A stretch of 64,000 bases of DNA from Deltaproteobacteria bacterium. Lineage in GTDB: Bacteria > Desulfobacterota > Syntrophia > Syntrophales > UBA2210. The stretch's first letter is position 1. Each line of letters starts with the position of its first letter. The stretch covers positions 17,788 through 81,787 of the forward strand of contig JAFGBH010000096.1 in the NCBI GenBank assembly GCA_016933215.1, in the 5' to 3' direction. The notes beneath the pieces are model-generated. The model did no database searches and had not been told where the DNA came from. It saw nothing but the letters and a program-made list of their open reading frames with translations. The position numbers were made by a program, and so were the translations under genes. Of the stretch, positions 56,912 through 64,000 are shown piece after piece.

Positions 56912-59300
56912 CATTACCGCGTCGCTGGGTCTCGCTTTTCTGCTCGTTATCGGGTTTATCACGATAATCGGAACAGGATCGAGTGACAGCGATCGAAAAT
57001 CGACGGTGGAGATTACCCGCGATGACAAAGGCGTCTGGTTCATCAGCGGTGAAGAGGAGGACAGTCTCTACGATGTATTCGCCGCTATGGGCTATGCCGT
57101 CGCCACGGATCGTCTCTGGCAGGCGGAGACCTTCAGGCGAACCGCCAGGGGAAGGCTGGCGGAGATATTCGGGGCTGATTACGTGGAACAAGACGTCCTG
57201 GTACGCACTACGGGCTATTCCGACCAGGAACTGGAGGACGGTTTCGATTCACTCGACTCGGAATCGAAGAACGTGATAAAGGGCTACGTAAAGGGCTTCA
57301 ACAAACGCATTTCCGAAGTTCGTGCCGATCCGGCGCTCCTTCCCTTTGAGTTCTATGCTGTGGGCGATCAACTCGGCATAGAATTCTTCCCCGAAGACTG
57401 GACGCCGGAAGATGTGATGGCATTGGCCGCACTGATGTTCAGAAATTTCGATCCCGAGGCGCAGAAAATGGGTCAGATCGACAATGCGGCACTGTACCAG
57501 GGTCTCACACTGATATATGGAGGCATGCAGGGTGCTGCCATGTTCGAAGACCTCCGCTGGACCAACGACCCCGATGCACTCACTTACATCCCCAAGGGAA
57601 TCGGGCCCCTTGAATCGAAGGAGAAAGCTCCATCGGCGCTTATGGAAAATCCCCCCTCAATCCCCGACGTGAGAGAGGTGGCGAAAAACATGGCCGCAGC
57701 GCGCTCACGTATCGAGGAAAACCTGAAGAAGATCGGCGCCGACATAAAAATGGGGAGCTATGCCTGGGTGGTATCGGGTGACAAAACGGATTCGGGAAAT
57801 CCGATCATCTATTCCGGCCCCCAGATGGGCTTTTCCGTTCCCTCCATCATTCTTGAGGGTTCCATCAGGGCGGGAGGACTCGACGTATCGGGAATGGCAA
57901 TCGCGGGACTTCCCGCAATCGTGATCGGACGCACGCCGCACCACGCCTGGTCGATGCAGGTGGGACACGCCCGCACCGTGGATTATTACTTTGAAGCTCC
58001 CTCGGCGGTAACACTCGACAGGATGGAGACTATCCACGTGGCAGGGGATGACGACGTAATTCTCCCTGTCTGGAGAACCGCTCACGGACCGGTGGTCAAC
58101 CCCCTCCCCTACGACCCGGCCACCTATGTGCCGGACCCCGAAAACCCCATAATCTCATGGAAATATTCACACTGGGAGTATGAATTTCAGGCCATCAGCG
58201 CCTGGCTCAAATTCGCCCGTGCCGAAAGCATGGACGACTTCGGCGAGGCGATAGAGCTTGTCCCCGTATCACAGCACTTCTGCTACGCCGACCGGGACGG
58301 CAACATCGCCTACTGGATGTCGGGGAGGACTCCCGTTCGTTCCTACGGCGAATGGCGGCTTCCCCAGGGTGCCGTTGGGACACCTCTTGAATGGGATGCG
58401 GCCGTTCTTATCCCCCGTTCCACCGACCGCAACACCGACCGGGGCTACTACTGCGGTTGGAATAACAAGACAAACGCAGGCTACGAAAACTCGTTGAACA
58501 ACCTCTCCTACTTCTTCGGCCCCTTCCATCGGGCCCACGTGGTGGATGACTATCTCTCGGAGAACGACGATCTCACCTTCGATGATGTGCGGGATCTTGC
58601 CCTCAACATCGCCACCACCGACTCCTTTGGCGGCGGGGGAAATCCCTGGAAATTCGCGGCTGATTACTTCACCAATGCAGTGAATAATGAGCCCTTCGAT
58701 CAGGATCGTGCCGATGCCCTCGACCTTCTCGATGACTGGGACGGACATTTTGTCGACGGAGGTTCGTCAGAGTGGCCGGAGGGAGAAGACCGTGCCGACG
58801 CGTGGATACTTATGGATGCCTGGATCAGAGAGGTGCTTGACCTCACATTCGAGGAACTGGTCCCTCTGGGCGGTCAGAATGATCAGGTCCTCTTCAACGT
58901 CCTCCTCCACGACCTCCTGCCGGGGGGAATCGAAAATTACTACGACTGGTATCTCCCCTACGATTCCTATGACGAGATTATCGTCGAGGCACTCGATAAT
59001 GTCCTTGACGATCTCGGGGCGACACCCTGGGGAGAAGATGCAAGGGGTGCTATCGTATTTAACCACGATCTTCTGGGACCGGTATGGGAGATGCCCTTCT
59101 CGTCACGTTCCACCTACGCACACTGCGTCGAGTTCGGCGGTTCGGGTCCCGTCGGGATCGAGAGCATGTTCCCCCTGGGAGAATCGGGAACCATCCTTAT
59201 GGATGAATTCGGCGCACCCGATTTCGACCCCAATTTCTTGAGCATGACGGACGTCTATGACGACTTTTCACACCGGGAGTTTCCCCTCTTCACTCCCTGA
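56883..59300 (+). CDS. Penicillin acylase family protein (Ntn hydrolase, peptidase S45; possibly acyl-homoserine-lactone/penicillin amidase)
   Basis: 805 aa with an N-terminal signal/anchor. The candidate Ntn nucleophile is in GSYAWVVSGDKTDSGNPIIYSGPQMG (compare SNMW in PGA). Confidence 0.85.
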   Translation: MKQKYIRFCNITASLGLAFLLVIGFITIIGTGSSDSDRKSTVEITRDDKGVWFISGEEEDSLYDVFAAMGYAVATDRLWQAETFRRTARGRLAEIFGADYVEQDVLVRTTGYSDQELEDGFDSLDSESKNVIKGYVKGFNKRISEVRADPALLPFEFYAVGDQLGIEFFPEDWTPEDVMALAALMFRNFDPEAQKMGQIDNAALYQGLTLIYGGMQGAAMFEDLRWTNDPDALTYIPKGIGPLESKEKAPSALMENPPSIPDVREVAKNMAAARSRIEENLKKIGADIKMGSYAWVVSGDKTDSGNPIIYSGPQMGFSVPSIILEGSIRAGGLDVSGMAIAGLPAIVIGRTPHHAWSMQVGHARTVDYYFEAPSAVTLDRMETIHVAGDDDVILPVWRTAHGPVVNPLPYDPATYVPDPENPIISWKYSHWEYEFQAISAWLKFARAESMDDFGEAIELVPVSQHFCYADRDGNIAYWMSGRTPVRSYGEWRLPQGAVGTPLEWDAAVLIPRSTDRNTDRGYYCGWNNKTNAGYENSLNNLSYFFGPFHRAHVVDDYLSENDDLTFDDVRDLALNIATTDSFGGGGNPWKFAADYFTNAVNNEPFDQDRADALDLLDDWDGHFVDGGSSEWPEGEDRADAWILMDAWIREVLDLTFEELVPLGGQNDQVLFNVLLHDLLPGGIENYYDWYLPYDSYDEIIVEALDNVLDDLGATPWGEDARGAIVFNHDLLGPVWEMPFSSRSTYAHCVEFGGSGPVGIESMFPLGESGTILMDEFGAPDFDPNFLSMTDVYDDFSHREFPLFTP

Positions 59301-59333
59301 TTGTGGATTGTGAAGACTGAGGGAATATGATAT

Positions 59334-59369
59334 AACGCCCCACCAGCTTTTGTGGGGCGTTATTATTTT
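59334..59369 (+). terminator. Rho-independent terminator after the acylase gene
   Basis: AACGCCCCAC-cagctttt-GTGGGGCGTT (10-bp stem) followed by ATTATTTTC. Confidence 0.6.
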
Positions 59370-59391
59370 CTGAAGGTATTGTATAAACTCC

Positions 59392-61302
59392 ATGACAAAA
59401 CTCTTACGGCTTTTCATATTCGCGTTGGCAGCGATACTCCTGCTGGCGAGTTATCTCCCTTCTGCCTTCGCAGGGCAGGACTCCGTCTACGTCCCCGGCG
59501 AGATACTGATCAAGTATAAAGGGCATGTAAAAGAATCCCGTATCAGGGAGATCCAATCGAAATGGGGATTACACACGAAAAAGTCATTCAAACGTTTCGG
59601 TATGCGCCACGTCACACTCCCCGATAGCATGAGCGTCGAAGAGGCACAAGACGTCCTGAGATACGATCCTGATGTCGAGTATGTGGAACCAAACTATCGG
59701 CGTCATCCCCAGGAAACGATACCGAACGATACCGATTTTGATCAACTCTGGGGTCTCAACAATACGGGACAGAGGGTAAATGGATGGAGAGGCACACCCG
59801 ACGCTGATATCGATGCTCCTGAGGCATGGGACCTGTTTCAGGGAAGCAGCGATACCATTATTGCCGTTATCGATACCGGCGTGGACTATAACCATCAAGA
59901 CCTGGCCGGTACTATATGGATGAACCCCGGTGAAATCCCCGGAAATGGGCTGGACGATGACGGAAACGGGTATATTGACGATGTCCGCGGTTGGGATTTC
60001 TATACCGGTGATAATGAGCCCCTAGACAATGACAGTCATGGGACACATGTTGCGGGTATCATCGCCGCCGAAATGAATAACAATGAGGGCATCTCCGGTG
60101 TATCTCCGGGTACCCGGATCATGCCGCTTCGATTCATGAACGGAGACGGCAGTGTGAGTGATGAGATCGACGCCATCAACTATGCCATTGAAAAGGGTGT
60201 AAACATCATCAACATGAGCTTTGGAAGCTATACCTTCAGCTTTTCTGAACGGGAGGCAATGTCAGATGCCGGTCAGGCCGGCGTCCTTTTTGTTGCGGCG
60301 GCGGGAAACAAAAACAATGATAATGACGGGAGCAGTTCGCTCTATCCTGCGAGCTACAACCTTTCGAACATAATCTCCGTCGCTGCCACTGATCAGGATG
60401 ACGGTCGCTGGTACGATTCAAACTATGGTGCACTATCGGTAGACGTGGGGGCACCGGGTGTCAATATCTACAGCACAACGCCCGGCAACGCTTATTCCTT
60501 CAAAAACGGCACCTCCATGGCGACACCCCATGTAGCGGGACTCGCCGCACTTCTCTGGGGATTCGACCCAAGCTTAACCCATCTGCAGGTCAGAGATGTA
60601 ATTTTCGCAACTGTTGATCCTCTGACTTCACTCGACGGCATCACGACCACAGGAGGCCGAATCAATGCCTATAATGCCTTAACCTACACGCTTCCCGATC
60701 CCCCTGAGGAACCCGACAACCTTGGGGCAACGACAGGATCATCATCGTCAATCACACTTACCTGGGCCTACAATTCCGAAGAAGAAACGGGATTCATCAT
60801 CGAGAGAAGAGAAACGGGGGATGCTCTGTATCAAGAAATCGGTTCAGTCCCTCCTAACACCGAAACCTACCGAGACACGGGACTTCATGAGGGAACCTCA
60901 TATTCCTACCGAATTCTTGCCTATAATGCGGGCGGTAGGTCAACCTATTCAAATGAAGCGGAAGCGACGACCAATCCGGAAGCACCGAGAAGTCTTGTGA
61001 TTGAAGAGACATCAAGCAGAGAACTTACCCTCTCCTGGACAGACAGATCATCGAAAGAGGACGGATTCATCATCGAGAGAAAAACTGAAGAGGAACCCTT
61101 CATGGAAATTGCCAGACTTCCACTTAATGCAGAAACCTACGAGGATCAGGGGCTTAAATCTTCAACCACCTACGAATACCGAGTACGAGCATATAAGGAC
61201 GACAACTATTCTTCATACTCCAACGAAGAATCCGCCACAACCTTAGCGGGTGGCGGCGGGGGTGGAGGGAGCTGCTTTATCACATCGTTAATTTCACAAT
61301 AG
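59392..61302 (+). CDS. Secreted subtilisin-like serine protease (peptidase S8) with two FN3 domains and Gly-rich/CFI C-terminal tail
   Basis: 636 aa with a signal peptide. The catalytic triad motifs are AVIDTGVD, SHGTHVAG and GTSMATPHVAG. Two segments of about 90 aa are FN3-like (ITLTWAY..., LTLSWTD...). Confidence 0.9.
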   Translation: MTKLLRLFIFALAAILLLASYLPSAFAGQDSVYVPGEILIKYKGHVKESRIREIQSKWGLHTKKSFKRFGMRHVTLPDSMSVEEAQDVLRYDPDVEYVEPNYRRHPQETIPNDTDFDQLWGLNNTGQRVNGWRGTPDADIDAPEAWDLFQGSSDTIIAVIDTGVDYNHQDLAGTIWMNPGEIPGNGLDDDGNGYIDDVRGWDFYTGDNEPLDNDSHGTHVAGIIAAEMNNNEGISGVSPGTRIMPLRFMNGDGSVSDEIDAINYAIEKGVNIINMSFGSYTFSFSEREAMSDAGQAGVLFVAAAGNKNNDNDGSSSLYPASYNLSNIISVAATDQDDGRWYDSNYGALSVDVGAPGVNIYSTTPGNAYSFKNGTSMATPHVAGLAALLWGFDPSLTHLQVRDVIFATVDPLTSLDGITTTGGRINAYNALTYTLPDPPEEPDNLGATTGSSSSITLTWAYNSEEETGFIIERRETGDALYQEIGSVPPNTETYRDTGLHEGTSYSYRILAYNAGGRSTYSNEAEATTNPEAPRSLVIEETSSRELTLSWTDRSSKEDGFIIERKTEEEPFMEIARLPLNAETYEDQGLKSSTTYEYRVRAYKDDNYSSYSNEESATTLAGGGGGGGSCFITSLISQ

Positions 61303-61394
61303 GAGCTTTATCTTATATAAGAGAAAAAGGCCGGGTGCTGTGGTAGTCTCCTTTTTATTACATTCTGACGAAACGAGAGAGGGTTTCGGCCTTT

Positions 61395-63125
61395 TTATAT
61401 CCTCGTTACCCTGAACACCTCTTCGATGGTGGTAACACCCTCGAGGATCTTTCTCGCACCGTCACGAACAAGCGTCGTCATCCCTCCCTTTACCGCGTCC
61501 CTGCGAATCAGATTCGAATCGGAGGTCTTCAATATCAGTCTTTTCAGGTGATCGTCGAGGACCATCATCTCAAAGATGGCCATTCTCCCCCGGTATCCCG
61601 TATTCATGCATTCTGGGCAGCCGACATTCCCGTATATCCTCCTTCCCTCGAGCATATCCTTGTCAATGCCGACCTTCGACAGTGATTTGTCGTCAGGTGT
61701 ATACTCCTCCTTACATTCGGGACAGAGCACCCTGACCAGTCTCTGGGCAATTATCGCTATAACGGAAGAAGATACAAGGAAGGGTTCGATTCCCATATCG
61801 GTAATACGGGTGATCGCACTGGCCGCATCATTCGTATGGAGGGTGGAGAAGACGAGATGTCCGGTAAGAGACGACTGGATGGCTATCTCCGCTGTTTCCC
61901 TGTCACGTACCTCCCCCACGAGAATCACATCGGGGTCCTGCCTGACGATAGAGCGGAGCCCCTTTGCAAAGGTAAGATCGATCTTGGGGTTGACCTGGAT
62001 CTGCCCTATCCCCTCGATCTGATATTCAATCGGGTCCTCGATGGTAATGATGTTGATTTCAGGCTTGTTTATGGTCGAGAGGGCCGCATAGAGGGTGGTT
62101 GTCTTTCCGCTTCCCGTGGGACCTGTGACGAGGATGATTCCGTTCGGCGATCGTATAAGATCGTCGAAGAGGTCAAATCGTTCTGGGTCGATTCCCAGAT
62201 CGGTGAGCCTGAAAATCACCCCTGTCTTGTCGAGAAGCCTGAGAACAACCCTCTCACCAAATGCGGTGGGAATTGTGGACACACGAATATCGATGATTTT
62301 GTCACCGACCTTGATATCAATCCTTCCGTCCTGGGGAAGTCTCTTTTCGGCGATGTTGAGTTTCGCCATAATTTTGACCCTCGAGACGAGTGAGGACTGC
62401 ACCCTCTTCGGAATCTTCAGGACATTGTAGAGGACCCCGTCGATCCGGTTTCTCACTGCCAGGGTATTCTGATAGGGTTCTATATGGATGTCGCTTGCCC
62501 GCTCCTTAACGGCACGGGAAAGCATGAGATTGACCAGTTTTATTATCGGCGCGTCACTTGTGTCGTCAAGAAGGTCGGCAGTCTCCTCGATCTCCGAGAT
62601 GATGCGGTCGGGGGACTCTTCGTTCATGTCCTGGATGAATTCCTCGGCCGATTCTCTCCCCCTGTCATAGGCCTGGTTTATAGCGGAGAGTATCGCCGCC
62701 TGGGTGGAAAGGACAATCCCGCCTCCGCCCTTACCGAGGAGGCGACGAAGATCATCAACAGATTGAAAATCAGTGGGATCATTCACGGCTATAAAATGCT
62801 CCTCCGGTGTTTCGAAGGGGACCATTCTGTGTTTCTTGAGGTACTGAATGGGCATCTTTTTCGTATAGCCCACGTCAAGATCCTCAGTGGGAAGCTCGGG
62901 ACGAAAGGGGATATCAAACTGCCGGCTCATCGCCTCGAGAAACTCTGCCTCCGGCAGGAGCTTTTTCTGAACGATTATATCCATGATGCTTCCCCCCGTC
63001 TCGGCATGGGTGTTCAGGATATCTTCGACAGCTTCCTCGGAAAGTCCCAATCCCTCGAGGGGAGAGCTTGGAATCATCGTTTCTCTTACATCGATGAATT
63101 TTGTTTCCTTCGCTTTTTGATTCAT
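61395..63125 (-). CDS. gspE: Type II secretion system ATPase GspE (PilB/GspE family)
   Basis: 576 aa with Walker A GPTGSGKTTT and the Asp/His boxes. The tetracysteine motif is CPECKEEY...CPECMNTGYRGR. It lies directly downstream of a secretin gene. Confidence 0.85.
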   Translation of the reverse strand: MNQKAKETKFIDVRETMIPSSPLEGLGLSEEAVEDILNTHAETGGSIMDIIVQKKLLPEAEFLEAMSRQFDIPFRPELPTEDLDVGYTKKMPIQYLKKHRMVPFETPEEHFIAVNDPTDFQSVDDLRRLLGKGGGGIVLSTQAAILSAINQAYDRGRESAEEFIQDMNEESPDRIISEIEETADLLDDTSDAPIIKLVNLMLSRAVKERASDIHIEPYQNTLAVRNRIDGVLYNVLKIPKRVQSSLVSRVKIMAKLNIAEKRLPQDGRIDIKVGDKIIDIRVSTIPTAFGERVVLRLLDKTGVIFRLTDLGIDPERFDLFDDLIRSPNGIILVTGPTGSGKTTTLYAALSTINKPEINIITIEDPIEYQIEGIGQIQVNPKIDLTFAKGLRSIVRQDPDVILVGEVRDRETAEIAIQSSLTGHLVFSTLHTNDAASAITRITDMGIEPFLVSSSVIAIIAQRLVRVLCPECKEEYTPDDKSLSKVGIDKDMLEGRRIYGNVGCPECMNTGYRGRMAIFEMMVLDDHLKRLILKTSDSNLIRRDAVKGGMTTLVRDGARKILEGVTTIEEVFRVTRI

Positions 63126-63134
63126 GCAATGAGC

Positions 63135-64000
63135 CTACTTCTCGATCTTATGCCTTCGATAGGTCTTGATGACCCCTTCCTCTACTTCTTTGATCTCGCT
63201 CTCTTTCTCTTCGAAAAGGGTCTTCGCCTCGACGGGACTCTCCACGATATGGGGGGTAATGAATATGAAGAGGTTCCTCTTTTCACTCGATTCGCTCTGA
63301 TATTTGAATAACCAGCCGAGAAGCGGGATATCTCCAAGCAGCGGCACCTTGTATGTCGTATTCGAGATATCGTCTCCGATGAGACCGCCTATCACGATGG
63401 TGTTTTTATCCTTGATCGTCACCGCCGTTTTCGTGGTCCGTTTGAGCGTCGTCGGCCTTATATCTTCCTCCGAAACAAGTTTCGTAACCTCCTGGAATAT
63501 GTCGAGGCGGACGAACCGTTCCTGGCTGATCTGCGGGGTTATCTTCAGCGTCACGCCCACATCCTTATACTCATAGCTGCTGTAATCAAAGTCGGTTGTC
63601 GAGGTTTCCTGCCTTGTCTGATAGGGCACATTTTCTCCCACATATATCTCGGCCTCCTCGTTGTCCAGGGTGAGTATCTGGGGGGTTGACAGGATATGGA
63701 CGTCGTTGTCCTTCTGGTATGCCTGCAAAACGGCACCCAGACTGGGAAACATGACACCACCGATATTTATATACTCCTCGAAGATGCCCACTGCAAGGCC
63801 CTCGGGAAAGTTGATGTAACCCGTCGTGGGATCGGGGGTGGGTATGATTCCCCCGCCGGTAAATCCTCCCCCCACAATCTGGTTACTGTCGCTGTGGACG
63901 CGTTCCCCCCCTATCCATTCCACCCCGCCCTTGAATCCCTTGTCAACGTTTACCTCCATGATCAACGCCTCTATGTAGACCATGGGACGCGGAATATCGA
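63135..64000 (-). CDS. gspD: Type II secretion system secretin GspD, C-terminal part (N-terminus beyond window)
   Basis: It has the secretin domain LSTPQILTLDNEEAEIYVGENVPY and VPLLGDIPLLGWLFK. The reading frame stays open to the window edge, so the M at 63983 is internal. Confidence 0.85.
   Translation of the reverse strand, partial: DIPRPMVYIEALIMEVNVDKGFKGGVEWIGGERVHSDSNQIVGGGFTGGGIIPTPDPTTGYINFPEGLAVGIFEEYINIGGVMFPSLGAVLQAYQKDNDVHILSTPQILTLDNEEAEIYVGENVPYQTRQETSTTDFDYSSYEYKDVGVTLKITPQISQERFVRLDIFQEVTKLVSEEDIRPTTLKRTTKTAVTIKDKNTIVIGGLIGDDISNTTYKVPLLGDIPLLGWLFKYQSESSEKRNLFIFITPHIVESPVEAKTLFEEKESEIKEVEEGVIKTYRRHKIEK

Overview
Bacterial chromosomal window. The gene content (siroheme-type heme genes, 2-hydroxyacyl-CoA dehydratase plus activase, several acyl-CoA ligases, Liv-type ABC transporter, T2SS) looks like an anaerobic Deltaproteobacteria/Desulfobacterota (Syntrophus-like) genome, but the taxon is only an inference. 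Layout: (1) 1-13.5 kb holds a tetrapyrrole cluster on the minus strand (partial hemB, AhbC/D-like radical SAM, cobA-hemD, hemC, hemA, CcsA/HemX-like, SirC-like). It is interrupted by a carbamate kinase / COG2403 / TIGR00300 trio and followed by prmA-rsmE-RDD. (2) tRNA-Phe(GAA) at 13572-13647 is the insertion site of an integrative island of about 20 kb (13600-33675), bounded by a 51-bp perfect / about 87-bp imperfect direct repeat. The island carries a tyrosine integrase, XRE and Xis-like regulators, and a phage RepO-like initiator with in-gene iterons. It also has a minus-strand cargo operon of unknown function: a small conserved protein, an FGase-fold amidohydrolase, a C39-like cysteine peptidase and two orphans. 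Further cargo is a pfkB kinase, a DnaQ-like DEDDh exonuclease translationally coupled to cas3, a complete type I-E cas operon and a 14-repeat/13-spacer CRISPR array. The pfkB-dnaQ-cas-CRISPR module is itself bracketed by two copies of a promoter / anti-SD / terminator unit of about 105 nt (putative sRNA genes or recombination scars). (3) 33.9-40 kb is an uncharacterised glycosyltransferase / methyltransferase / prenyltransferase-like / acetyltransferase / B12 radical SAM cluster. (4) 40-54.4 kb has a thioesterase, 2-hydroxyacyl-CoA dehydratase plus activase, and two acyl-CoA ligases flanking a Liv-type ABC transporter with duplicated binding proteins. (5) 54.4-64 kb has epmA, efp, a penicillin-acylase-family protein, a secreted S8 protease with FN3 domains, gspE and partial gspD. 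The most interesting items are the mobile CRISPR-Cas island, the cas3-coupled DnaQ, the twin sRNA-like units and the orphan peptidase/amidohydrolase operon. All homology statements come from reading motifs by eye; no database search was possible.
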